A stretch of 32,000 bases of DNA from Candidatus Nanobsidianus stetteri (GCF_003086415.1 NZ_QEFP02000016.1:160-32159), one strand, 5' to 3'; positions 1-9,049 are shown, counted from the stretch's first letter. Made by a program: numbers and translations. Notes: a model not told the origin generated them from the letters alone.

Positions 1-1
1 T

Positions 2-295
2 ATAAAAATAGGATTTGATATTAAATATTATCCAGAATTGGAAGAAGAATGGTTGTACAGAGAAATAAGAAGAAGATTGCAAGACATAAGAAAAGAAAAC
101 AAATTAAGAAAAGGTCAGAAGGCAAATATAGAAATATACGCTGATGAAAAGCTATTAAATATAATAAAAAAATATAAGGATACCCTAGAAAAGGATACCG
201 ACACCATAATAATAATAAAGGACTCTAATGACGGTCTAAATAATGTAGAAAGAATATATGAAATGAGCATATTTTATAGGCTAAATATTTTATAA
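2..295 (+). CDS. 5'-truncated ORF entering from the left edge; the C-terminal fragment resembles the end of a class I aminoacyl-tRNA synthetase (IleRS-like)
   Basis: The frame of the 38..295 track ORF stays open back to base 2 (IKIGFDIKYYPE...), so the TTG at 38 is probably not the true start. The segment PELEEEWLYREIRRRLQDIRKENKL resembles the EL..EG.aRE..r.iQ..RK motif near IleRS C-termini. That resemblance is recalled from memory and was not searched. Confidence 0.4.
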   Translation: MKIGFDIKYYPELEEEWLYREIRRRLQDIRKENKLRKGQKANIEIYADEKLLNIIKKYKDTLEKDTDTIIIIKDSNDGLNNVERIYEMSIFYRLNIL

Positions 296-318
296 GTTTT
301 TATTAAATTTATTAAAAA

Positions 319-912
319 ATGGTTACATGGGAGATTTCCAATGCTGTGGTTACTATATATTTTAATGTGAAGTTACCATTAGACAAAATTGCAAATCTAA
401 TTCCTTATGCTCAATATGATCCAGAAACATTTCCTGGATTAATTATACCACTAAAAGAGGGTGGAAGTAAAGAAGAAAATGTTAAAGCATTAGTATTTAA
501 CAGCGGAACAATAAATATATCTGGAATAAAAAGATTAGAAGATATAGAATACGTCGCAGAAAAATTAAGAGAATTATTTAAACAGATTGATATAGAACTT
601 CCAAAAAATTATAAAATAAAGGTACAGAATATTGTTGTAAATGGAAAATTCGATTATGATAATATAGATATAGTAAGATTGGCAGATGAGATACCAGATT
701 CCCAATACAATCCAGAAGCTTTTCCAGCTGTTACTGTTGTATTTGATGTATCAGAAAATTATAGAGTAAAATTTAATGTATTTAAAAATGGAAAATTTGT
801 ATGTCCTGGATTGAAAGGTGAATTTAATAGTTTTGATGAGATTAAAAAACACGTAGATTATGTATTGAATTCATTCCAGGAAAAAGTAATAAAAAAATAT
901 GTAAAAAAATAG
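319..912 (+). CDS. tbp: TATA-box binding protein (TBP)
   Basis: The 197-aa product has two internal repeats. Each carries the TBP signature Y(D/N)PE(T/A)FP (AQYDPETFPGLII and SQYNPEAFPAVTV) followed by a F.sGk...G-type segment (VFNSGTINISG / VFKNGKFVCPG). Confidence 0.9.
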   Translation: MVTWEISNAVVTIYFNVKLPLDKIANLIPYAQYDPETFPGLIIPLKEGGSKEENVKALVFNSGTINISGIKRLEDIEYVAEKLRELFKQIDIELPKNYKIKVQNIVVNGKFDYDNIDIVRLADEIPDSQYNPEAFPAVTVVFDVSENYRVKFNVFKNGKFVCPGLKGEFNSFDEIKKHVDYVLNSFQEKVIKKYVKK

Positions 913-942
913 CTTATAAATATATTTCATTATAATAGAACT

Positions 943-1560
943 ATGACGGAATCATCTGGAACAACAATTGTTGCAATAAAATTTAAGGACGGAGTATTAA
1001 TTGCATCTGATAAACAGGCAACAGCAGGAATGATGGTATATCATAAAAAAGTACAAAAATTACATCAAATTACTGATAATATATTGATGGGTGCTGCGGG
1101 TTTGGTTGGTGATATTCAAGCTTTAGTAAAAATATTACAAGCAAATTTAAAATTAAAGTATTTAAGATCAAAAAATGAACCAACTGCAGAAGAAGCTGCG
1201 AATTTTCTATCAACATTAATGAACTATTATAAATGGTTCCCATTCTTTACAGAAGTTATAATTGTTGGAAAAGATAATGATGATTACAATATATATGAAA
1301 TAGATGAGGCTGGAGGATTAGAAAAATTTGATAACTTTGTATCTACAGGTTCTGGAATGATGTTTGCTTTAGGTGTATTAGAAACAGAATATAAAGAAAA
1401 TATGGATGAAGAAGAAGCAAAAGAATTAGCAAAGAAAGCAATATTAGCTGCTATAAAAAGGGATTTGGGATCTGGATATGGTATTGAAATATGGACATTA
1501 ACAAAGGAAGGATTGAAAAAAGAACTTTATGAAGTAAAGGAAGAATTACAGAAAAAATAA
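943..1560 (+). CDS. psmB: Proteasome beta subunit
   Basis: A short propeptide (MTESSG) precedes the catalytic Thr motif TTIVAIKFKDGVLIASD. The size (205 aa) and the GSG motif (STGSGMMFALG) are typical of the Ntn-hydrolase beta subunit. Confidence 0.9.
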   Translation: MTESSGTTIVAIKFKDGVLIASDKQATAGMMVYHKKVQKLHQITDNILMGAAGLVGDIQALVKILQANLKLKYLRSKNEPTAEEAANFLSTLMNYYKWFPFFTEVIIVGKDNDDYNIYEIDEAGGLEKFDNFVSTGSGMMFALGVLETEYKENMDEEEAKELAKKAILAAIKRDLGSGYGIEIWTLTKEGLKKELYEVKEELQKK

Positions 1561-1605
1561 TTTTTTAAATTTTATAATCAATTATAAAAGGTATTTACAT
1601 TATTT

Positions 1606-3459
1606 ATGATGAATATTAAGGAAGAATTATTAAAGGAATTCCAATCAAAGGATATAAATAGGATAATATTTGAAGGCCCAAAGATAGTTATATATGTAAA
1701 TAATGTAGATCTATTTATAAAAGGAATTGAGATAGGAAAAAATCTGGCACAGAAGTATAAAAAAAGGATTGAAATAAGGGTAAATCCAAAATTATTAAAA
1801 GGAGAAGAATATATTAAGGAAAAAGCAAAAGAAATATTAAATGGAATAAAAATAAAAGATATATATCTTGAAAAACATAGATCTACATTATATATTGAGA
1901 CATATGAACCTGAAAAAATTGATTTAAATTTAATTAACAAATTAAGAGAAGAAACATTATGTAATATTATAATACAGAGAGCACCATTAAAATCTTCAAA
2001 AATAATAAATGTTATTAGAGCATATTTACACAAAAATTCTTTATATAAATCTGAATTTTTAAATAAGGTTGGAGAAAAAATATTGGAAAGAAAACCACAG
2101 AGATTAGATCATTATAGAATTGTCTTTTTAGGTGCTGGAAGAGAGGTTGGAAGATCTTCATTTTTATTACAAACAAAAGAAAGTAATATTTTATTAGATT
2201 GTGGTCTAGGTGCGGGAAATTATTCAGAAGATAGATATCCAATATTAAATATTCCTGAATTTGATATACAAAATCTAGATGCTGTAATCATTTCACATGC
2301 CCATTTAGATCACGTTGGATTTATCCCATATTTATTTAGAATTGGATGGAGGGGTCCTGTATATTTAACAGAACCAACAAGAGATATCGCAGCTTTGGTT
2401 TTATTAGATTATTTAAAAGTAAGTAATAAACAAAGTAAAAATCCAATATTTACATCAAAAGAAATTAAATTATTTTTAAAACATTCTATTACATTAAATT
2501 ATTCTGAAGTAACTGATATAACTGGTGATATAAAAATATCATTACACAATGCAAATCATATAATAGGATCTTCAATGGTTCATATTAATATTGAAGGAAA
2601 ACATAATGTATTATATACCGGAGATTATAGATTTAATAAAATGCCCTTATTAGAAAGACCAAATACAATATATCAAAGATTGGAAACATTAATAATTGAA
2701 AGTACATATGGTGGATTTAATGACAAACACCCATCAAGAGAAGAAACTGAAGCATTATTTATTCATGATATAAAGGAAACAATTGAAAAGGGTGGAAAAG
2801 TATTAATACCAGTATTGGCAGTTGGAAGGGGGCAGGATGTTTTATTAACATTACTAAATGCAATTGAAAATAAAATATTACCAGAAGTAAATATATATTT
2901 AGAGGGAATTGTATGGGAAACATCAATGATTCACACAGCATATCCTGAATTTTTAAGTAAAGAAATTAGAGAAAAGATAGAATCTGGAAAAAATCCATTT
3001 GAAAGAGAAAATGTAATAAGGGCAAGTAAAAAGGAAAGAGAACAAATTATAACATCAAAAGAACCTTCAATAATAATTGCAACATCTGGTATGATGCAGG
3101 GTGGTCCTATATTAGATTATTTTAGTTATGCTGCAGAAGATGAAAAGAATTTATTAGCTTTTGTTTCATATCAAGCACAAGGTACTTTAGGTAGAACAAT
3201 ATTGGATGGACAAAGGGAAATTGTATTGAATGATAGAAAAATAAATATAAAAATGAAGGTAAATAAATATGAAGGTTTTTCTGGTCATGCAGATCACTTT
3301 GAATCAATATCTTTTATTAAATATTTAAGACCAAAACCAAAACAGGTTATTACAATACATGGAGAAATACCAAAACCATATGAACTAGCATCAAAAATAT
3401 ATAGAAAATTTGGAATATATTCTTATGCACCAAAGAATGGTGATATAATTAGATTATAA
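1606..3459 (+). CDS. aCPSF1-type RNase (N-terminal KH domains plus metallo-beta-lactamase/beta-CASP)
   Basis: The 617-aa product has the MBL motif ISHAHLDHVGFIPYL, a downstream beta-CASP region (ESTYGG...) and a C-terminal GFSGHADH motif. An N-terminal region of about 170 aa matches the KH-domain architecture of archaeal CPSF1. Confidence 0.88.
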   Translation: MMNIKEELLKEFQSKDINRIIFEGPKIVIYVNNVDLFIKGIEIGKNLAQKYKKRIEIRVNPKLLKGEEYIKEKAKEILNGIKIKDIYLEKHRSTLYIETYEPEKIDLNLINKLREETLCNIIIQRAPLKSSKIINVIRAYLHKNSLYKSEFLNKVGEKILERKPQRLDHYRIVFLGAGREVGRSSFLLQTKESNILLDCGLGAGNYSEDRYPILNIPEFDIQNLDAVIISHAHLDHVGFIPYLFRIGWRGPVYLTEPTRDIAALVLLDYLKVSNKQSKNPIFTSKEIKLFLKHSITLNYSEVTDITGDIKISLHNANHIIGSSMVHINIEGKHNVLYTGDYRFNKMPLLERPNTIYQRLETLIIESTYGGFNDKHPSREETEALFIHDIKETIEKGGKVLIPVLAVGRGQDVLLTLLNAIENKILPEVNIYLEGIVWETSMIHTAYPEFLSKEIREKIESGKNPFERENVIRASKKEREQIITSKEPSIIIATSGMMQGGPILDYFSYAAEDEKNLLAFVSYQAQGTLGRTILDGQREIVLNDRKINIKMKVNKYEGFSGHADHFESISFIKYLRPKPKQVITIHGEIPKPYELASKIYRKFGIYSYAPKNGDIIRL

Positions 3460-3481
3460 AATTTTTTTAAAAGAAAAATAA

Positions 3482-4090
3482 ATGATTAAAAAATATAGAT
3501 ATATTGCAATTGAGGGAATTGACGGTTCTGGAAAAACAACAATTGCAAATTTGTTATATAATGAATTATCTAAAAGATATGATAAGATAATATTAGTGAA
3601 AGAACCATATGATAATGATTTATCCAAAAAAATAAAAGAAATAATTTTAAAAGAACATGAAAAAAATTTAGATTATGGATATTTATTAGCATTATTATTT
3701 ACTGCTGATAGAAGTATAAAAAACATTGATTTAAAGAAATATTTAAATGATGATTATATTGTTATTTCTGATAGAAGTATTTATTCCACATTTTCTTATC
3801 AAATTTTATATGAAGGAATAGATATTGAATGGTTAAAATGTGTATCAAAATATATAATTAGACCAGATATTACTTTTATATTAGATGTTGATCCAAAAAT
3901 TGCGGTAGAAAGAGTAAATTCAAGGGGTAAAAATATTACAAGTTATGAAAATATTGAATTTTTGAGAAAAGTAAGGGAAAATTTCTTAAAATTAAAGGAA
4001 ATATTTCCAGAAGATAATATAATTTATATTGATGGAGAAGAAAAACCTGAAGAAATATTGAAAAAAATATTAAGTATAATAGAAAAATAA
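3482..4090 (+). CDS. tmk: Thymidylate kinase
   Basis: The P-loop IAIEGIDGSGKTT sits at the N-terminus, followed by a DR(S/Y) motif (ADRSIKN / SDRSIYS). Length is about 200 aa. Confidence 0.85.
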   Translation: MIKKYRYIAIEGIDGSGKTTIANLLYNELSKRYDKIILVKEPYDNDLSKKIKEIILKEHEKNLDYGYLLALLFTADRSIKNIDLKKYLNDDYIVISDRSIYSTFSYQILYEGIDIEWLKCVSKYIIRPDITFILDVDPKIAVERVNSRGKNITSYENIEFLRKVRENFLKLKEIFPEDNIIYIDGEEKPEEILKKILSIIEK

Positions 4091-4112
4091 TAAATTTTTA
4101 ATAGCTTTATTA

Positions 4113-5093
4113 CTATTCATTTCTATCAGAAAACATTTTGCTTATTTCTTTTTCCATCTGCTCTTCTAAATGCTCTTTTAAATCATATCTTAGCTTCAAT
4201 GTTTTTTCACTCAATATAGTATTAAGATCTTCAGGAATTTTTTCTTTTTTAAAGATGTATGTGTTACGATCCATAATATACTTTTCTTTTATAATATGCT
4301 TTTCATCTTCCTTAATTTCTTTTTTTATAAAATACTCTGTATTCAACCATATTACATCCTGTTCAGTTTTACCTTCCATTTTAATACACTTCATTCCTGC
4401 AGAATCTTGATAACTATATATAAGTGAATGTAGCATATTTATATATGTATTCCTTCTACCCTCAAGGACCTCCCTAATATCGACTCCACATAATTCAATC
4501 TTAAGGTCACCAGTTGACATATTGTATTCTATGTCTATTTCTTTTATTTCACCGACGTCTTTTACATCCAATTCTCCATCTAAAAGCCAAATAGCAAGAG
4601 GTAACATTACATTCATTTTTGATAATTTTCTTAAATCATATAAGCCAGTCTTTTGAATTTCATACCTACTTGTCATCATTGCTATAACACTATACTCTCT
4701 TCCTACTGAGGCTCTTCTCCTAGCTAATTTTAATTCTAATTTATTATCTTTAATAATTGCTACACCTCCATAACCATATATAACGCCTACAACTCCTTTA
4801 AACGCGTCTCCTCTTACTGTTAGTATTGGTATTTTTGAAGTTGAAATTCCCTCCAAATACATAATGGTTTCTCCAGTTTCTTTTACTGAAACTTTTTTAG
4901 GTGGTATCACAAACCCATCCATTATATAGCGTGTCACTGCGTCTGATAAATACTCTACAAATTTCTTAAGATATTCTATCCTTTCTTCTCCTAAACTACC
5001 TGCCAACTGTAATATATCATCCTCCTGTAATATTTCCTCAAGTCCGCCTTTATGCCCTCCTTGAAATTTTTGTTGTATGTTATCTGATATCAT
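4113..5093 (-). CDS. Hypothetical protein with no family recognised
   Basis: A long 326-aa ORF with non-repetitive composition in its N-terminal two thirds and a K/E-rich tail. Sampled lines give about 30-38% GC in the 5' two thirds, above the local background. No motif I can name. Confidence 0.6.
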   Translation of the reverse strand: MISDNIQQKFQGGHKGGLEEILQEDDILQLAGSLGEERIEYLKKFVEYLSDAVTRYIMDGFVIPPKKVSVKETGETIMYLEGISTSKIPILTVRGDAFKGVVGVIYGYGGVAIIKDNKLELKLARRRASVGREYSVIAMMTSRYEIQKTGLYDLRKLSKMNVMLPLAIWLLDGELDVKDVGEIKEIDIEYNMSTGDLKIELCGVDIREVLEGRRNTYINMLHSLIYSYQDSAGMKCIKMEGKTEQDVIWLNTEYFIKKEIKEDEKHIIKEKYIMDRNTYIFKKEKIPEDLNTILSEKTLKLRYDLKEHLEEQMEKEISKMFSDRNE

Positions 5094-5328
5094 AATATTT
5101 TTGTGTATAAAAATTTTATAAAGGTCGCGATCTTCGTTATATCTTGGTAATAAATTCTTATCACATAATTATTATTTGTTTAGTATACTGTCCATAAAAA
5201 TATTTAAATAAAATTATAAACATGGAGTTAATGGAGCAAAAAGCATTGCCTTTCAGTATAAGAGGACTTTCGGTTTCCTTCTTAACCTTAGCAAACATAT
5301 TATTTGCATCAAACTACTTAATCTCACT

Positions 5329-5955
5329 ATGATGAAACTAGTCATTACCCTGTCGGTGAGGAGTCTAAAAGATATAAAATTAGTTTCTGCTCTAGATTCT
5401 GATCTAGTAGAGCTCAGACTGGACTACCTGAGGAGACCAGAAGACTTCGACCCATCCTTAATCGATGATATAAAGGATAGAGTTATTGTAACTGTAAGAG
5501 ATCCCAGTGAAGGGGGAATCAAGGAGGTGGATGAAGATTGGAAGGCTTCACTTTACAAGAAACTTCATGACATGGGGGTGCTTTACGATGTAGAAGCCAG
5601 GTTCTTGAGGAAGAGAAAAGATATCCCATTCGAAGGGAAAATAGTATCTGCTCATTTCTTCGACAGAGTTCCTAGTATAAAGGAAGTGGAGGAAATCTTC
5701 AAGAGTTTCGAGGAGGCCTGGATAAAGAAACTGGCAGTGACCGCAAGAGAAGGTTACAAAGAACTTCTAGCTCACTTCGCCAGAAAAGGTTTCGCTATCA
5801 TGCCCATGGGATCGGACCCAATTGAAAGGATAGCCTTCGCTATACTAGGATCAGAACTTATTTATGCAAGCCTCGATAAGGGTTTAGAAACAGCCCCAGG
5901 GCAAATGAGTTACAAAAAGGTTAAAGAAATCTTGTCCTGTCTAGGACTACGCTAA
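5329..5955 (+). CDS. aroD: Type I 3-dehydroquinate dehydratase
   Basis: The 208-aa product shows AroD-type landmarks: LVELRLDYL, VTVRDPSEGG, IVSAHFF, KLAVTA, MPMGS...RIAF and APGQMS. Sampled lines are 37-50% GC, about twice the surrounding genome. Confidence 0.75.
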   Translation: MMKLVITLSVRSLKDIKLVSALDSDLVELRLDYLRRPEDFDPSLIDDIKDRVIVTVRDPSEGGIKEVDEDWKASLYKKLHDMGVLYDVEARFLRKRKDIPFEGKIVSAHFFDRVPSIKEVEEIFKSFEEAWIKKLAVTAREGYKELLAHFARKGFAIMPMGSDPIERIAFAILGSELIYASLDKGLETAPGQMSYKKVKEILSCLGLR

Positions 5956-6196
5956 CACCTAAGATCTTGAAGAACTCTCATTCTTCAGGGGTAAGAAAAG
6001 AATCGTAATTCCCGAAATTTCCATTAAAATATTTTCTAAATTGAAAGAAGGAATTATAACTTTTATAACTTGTAAAGTTTGCCTTTATTTCACCTTAAGT
6101 ATATGGTAAGACTCAATTTTACTTAAGGTGGCTTTATGACTAATTCCTATAGAGTTCAAAGTTAAAACAGAAAAATTTTTTAGATATAGAAGAAAA

Positions 6197-6715
6197 ATGA
6201 AATATATGGATACAGACATCGTAAAAAAGAGAGCAAGAATAATCATACCAGTTTTAGTATTTATGGTCTTTCTATCTTTTATTTCTGCCATTCCTTTTAT
6301 AGCACTAGGAAATACAGTATTAAGTGTAATATCTATTTTAATAGGTATATTCCTAATTTATGAAATAAAAAGAATAAAATCAATAATACCTCCAGAACCT
6401 GCAGATATTCTATCAGTTGGAAAATATGGAATTCTATCAACAATATACTGGTATAACAAAAGTGGAGTATGGAAAAACAATAAGATGATTTTCACATGGA
6501 GTGACATAAGTGATGTATTTATAATCAGGACATGGACTGAAACTGGTAGATCAACACGTACTATTTTATCTACTACGGGAGAATTTCTTACATATACATT
6601 TGGCCTAGTTAGATTTATAATGAAAAATGGAGAATATATTGATATAGATAGAGTTGTAGACCCGGAAACAGTGGTTTCCTTTATAAAAAAGATGTATCTA
6701 AAATCTAACTTTTAG
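6197..6715 (+). CDS. Membrane protein with two N-terminal TM helices and a soluble C-terminal domain (possibly bacterial-PH-like)
   Basis: Two hydrophobic helices (IIIPVLVFMVFLSFISAIPFIALG; VLSVISILIGIFLIYEI) are followed by a domain of about 100 aa. The 2-TM plus small beta-rich domain layout resembles bPH_2/YdbT-type proteins, but this is a weak call. Confidence 0.55.
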   Translation: MKYMDTDIVKKRARIIIPVLVFMVFLSFISAIPFIALGNTVLSVISILIGIFLIYEIKRIKSIIPPEPADILSVGKYGILSTIYWYNKSGVWKNNKMIFTWSDISDVFIIRTWTETGRSTRTILSTTGEFLTYTFGLVRFIMKNGEYIDIDRVVDPETVVSFIKKMYLKSNF

Positions 6716-6750
6716 TAGATTTTACAATCTTATTTATTTTAATATATTTA

Positions 6751-7245
6751 TCAATGAATAAATAATCCATAAAAATTAATTATTGAACTGAAAAAATAGT
6801 AAAAAACAAAAGACAAAATTATAGTAAATATTGCATCTGATAACCAATGTTTTAAAGTAATAATTCTTAATATTGGAGTTATCAATAATAATATATTTCC
6901 GGTTATTATGAAAGATAAGATTGCAATAATAGTATGTTCGCTTGGGAAAGAATGATTCTCATAAACTAATACTGCAAATCTTTTGTCAAAGAAATAATAG
7001 GGTCTTTTTCTATTAAATATTAATTTTAACAAATAAGTTATTGTAGTAGATATAATAAAAAGAAAAATATAACTAAAATTTATAAAAAATAATATATATG
7101 AAATGAAAGATATATTTATTAAATATGATATTGCATCAATTGTATAAACAATATCTAATCTATCCATTAATTTTTTATAAAAAAATTCAGATATTTTATA
7201 ATCAATCATAAACATTTTATTAAATAATATTTGGCCATTTATCAT
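6751..7245 (-). CDS. PAP2-superfamily phosphatase (lipid phosphate / polyprenyl-diphosphate phosphatase type)
   Basis: The three PAP2 motifs are present: KLIFNRKRPY (KxxxxxxRP), SFPSEHT (PSGH-like) and KHWLSDAIF (H...D). The protein is multi-TM. The true start may be one of the downstream Met codons. Confidence 0.75.
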   Translation of the reverse strand: MINGQILFNKMFMIDYKISEFFYKKLMDRLDIVYTIDAISYLINISFISYILFFINFSYIFLFIISTTITYLLKLIFNRKRPYYFFDKRFAVLVYENHSFPSEHTIIAILSFIITGNILLLITPILRIITLKHWLSDAIFTIILSFVFYYFFSSIINFYGLFIH

Positions 7246-7349
7246 AAAACTTCTATATGAATTGAAATTTTTTAATATTCTTTATTATGATTGTATTTCA
7301 ATAAGAATTTGAACATAATAAAGATTCATGCTTTATAAGCATCATCTAT

Positions 7350-7453
7350 ATTTAAAATTTATAAATTTCAAAGTAGTATATATAAGGCACATAAGATTCA
7401 AATTTTGAAAAAGGTCTAATTATATACTACTTTGAAATTTATAAATTTTAAAT
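7350..7453. repeat. Perfect 33-bp inverted repeat (arms 7350-7382 and 7421-7453) around a 38-bp spacer
   Basis: The left arm atttaaaatttataaatttcaaagtagtatata is the exact reverse complement of the right arm tatatactactttgaaatttataaattttaaat. Each arm contains the 14-bp palindrome aaatttataaattt. The spacer contains a small dyad, ttcaaa-t-tttgaa. Confidence 0.9.
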
Positions 7454-7613
7454 TAGTTAAATATATAAGACTTTTTATATTCAATTTATAAGGATTTGCT
7501 TATATTAATAAGAAACATTTATATTAGTATTTACCTATGAAAAACTAAATTCCAAGGATGGAACAACTATTCAGAGATTATATTACACTTTTTATATATT
7601 CAAAATAGGATAC

Positions 7614-7662
7614 TTATTATACCAAATTTTTATAAAAATGGTATAGTTACTATACCAAATAT
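7614..7662. repeat. 49-bp direct repeat, copy A (downstream of the AAA+ ATPase gene)
   Basis: ttattataccaaatttttataaaaatggtatagttactataccaaatat is identical base for base to 9050-9098. Confidence 0.95.
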
Positions 7663-7776
7663 ATTATAAATGATTAGAAAAAGATTAAGTAAAAATACCC
7701 GGTTGCCTGTTCTTCTAAAAAAATAATGCAAATTATAATTATCTTAAAGGCAAAATACAAAAGTTATAGAAAATTT

Positions 7777-9042
7777 TTACCTATTTAATAACCATTTCCA
7801 TAAAGGTATTAATTTTATTTCTTTATTATCTTCAATTATTTTATCTTCTAAATCCCATGTAATAATTTTTAGATTATTACAATTTAATAAATTGGATGCT
7901 TTAATTAATGATCTTATTTCTCTTCTATCTATTTCATCTAAATTATTTATATAAGAAACCTGAATTAATTCTTTTATTATATCATTTTCTTTTATTAGAA
8001 AATCTACTTCATGTTGTTGGTAATCTTTAAAATAATATATTTCAATTAAAGGATCATTATTAACTAATCTTAACAAATCTAAATAAACTATATTTTCCAT
8101 CCTTTTTCCTATATCATATTTACCAAACAAATTTGCAAAAGAGACATCGCATAGATAAACTTTTCTTGGCCATCTTTTTCTTTCAAAAAATTTGTCAGAA
8201 TATTTTTCTATAAAAAATATAGACATTGTATCCTGTATTTTATCCATGTATGAAAATATGGTATTTTTTGTATTTATATTAAGCTGATTTTCTATGAATC
8301 TTTTTATTCTATTTATGCTTATTTCATTAGAAAAGTTCTGCATTAAATATTCAAAAATAATTCTTGCAACATTAAGACTTTTGATTTTCCCCCTTTCTAT
8401 GAAATCTTTATAAAAAATTGTTTCATAATATTCTTTAATTATTCTTTCTTTATCTTCTATGAAAATTACTTCCGGATATCCTCCAAATTTTATATATTCT
8501 CTTAAATATTCTTTTATCTTTTCTATATCACTTATACTCAATATTTTAGAAACTTTTATCCTTGTTTTTAAAAATTCCCTGAAAGAAAATGGTAATAAAA
8601 TATAGTATATTGTTCTACCCCTTAATTCGGTTAATAATTCTTTTGGTAATAATCTTGAAGAAGAACCTGTTAAATATATATTGTACCCTCTATCAATTAA
8701 TGTTCTTACCAATTTATTCCAATTTTCTAAATTTTGTATTTCATCTAAAAATATTGTATTTATTTTTACATTATATTTGGATTCGTATAAAGATATTATA
8801 TTTAAAATTTCTTCTGGCTTAATATTTGAGAATTCTATGCTTTCAAAATTAATATATATTGAATTATCCTTATTTGATAAATATTTATTTAATAATAAAT
8901 ATGTTTTTCCAGATCTCCTAGGACCAACAATAGATATAGCTTTATTTTCTATATTTTTTATATTTAATTCTCTTTCAATATAATTTATTTTTCTTTCTCT
9001 TATTCTTTCGAAATATTCTACTATAAGACTTTCATTATACAT
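7777..9042 (-). CDS. AAA+ ATPase of the COG1373 type (ATPase domain plus DUF4143-like C-terminal region), paralog 1
   Basis: Walker A is VGPRRSGKTYLL and Walker B is TIFLDEIQ, with a C-terminal HEVDFLI motif typical of the restriction-endonuclease-like tail in this family. I place the start at Met-21 of the track ORF (ATG at 9042). The first 20 track codons are encoded by the 49-bp repeat that contains the TATA box. Confidence 0.8.
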   Translation of the reverse strand: MYNESLIVEYFERIRERKINYIERELNIKNIENKAISIVGPRRSGKTYLLLNKYLSNKDNSIYINFESIEFSNIKPEEILNIISLYESKYNVKINTIFLDEIQNLENWNKLVRTLIDRGYNIYLTGSSSRLLPKELLTELRGRTIYYILLPFSFREFLKTRIKVSKILSISDIEKIKEYLREYIKFGGYPEVIFIEDKERIIKEYYETIFYKDFIERGKIKSLNVARIIFEYLMQNFSNEISINRIKRFIENQLNINTKNTIFSYMDKIQDTMSIFFIEKYSDKFFERKRWPRKVYLCDVSFANLFGKYDIGKRMENIVYLDLLRLVNNDPLIEIYYFKDYQQHEVDFLIKENDIIKELIQVSYINNLDEIDRREIRSLIKASNLLNCNNLKIITWDLEDKIIEDNKEIKLIPLWKWLLNR

Positions 9043-9049
9043 GTCATTA

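Noticed and set aside
1578-3307. Track ORFs 1578..2033(-), 2015..2242(-), 2759..2941(-) and 3122..3307(-), antisense to the aCPSF1 gene
   Set aside because: They have F/I/L/N/Y-rich low-complexity translations typical of the reverse strand of AT-rich coding DNA. They lie fully inside a strongly supported gene and show no motifs.
4138-4410. Track ORF 4138..4410(+), antisense to the 4113..5093 gene, and likewise 6085..6291(-), 8589..8822(+), 8681..8983(+), 14579..14815(-), 17216..17401(+), 18027..18299(+), 21030..21760(+, three ORFs), 22076..22333(+), 23810..24031(+), 25624..25960(+, two ORFs), 27391..27576(+) and 31306..31497(-)
   Set aside because: All are shadow ORFs embedded in longer, motif-supported genes on the opposite strand. 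Their composition is Phe/Ile/Leu/Ser-rich with no recognisable domains.
5222-5332. 36-codon ORF (MELMEQKALPFSIRGLSVSFLTLANILFASNYLISL) overlapping the aroD start, considered as a real gene
   Set aside because: It is too short and has no recognisable family. I treat it as a probable remnant of a transferred operon, discussed in the aroD finding, and not as an annotated CDS.
5966-5989. The hairpin cttgaagaa-ctctca-ttcttcagg after aroD, considered as an intrinsic terminator
   Set aside because: No U-tract follows it, and archaeal termination generally relies on oligo-T rather than hairpins. I kept it only as a descriptive note within the aroD island finding.
7550-7563. The dyad ttccaaggatggaa considered as an ORB/mini-ORB origin element
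   Set aside because: It shares only the TTCCA/TGGAA arms. The spacing is 4 nt, against 1-2 nt in known ORB cores. It is a single copy with no G-string and no adjacent initiator gene.
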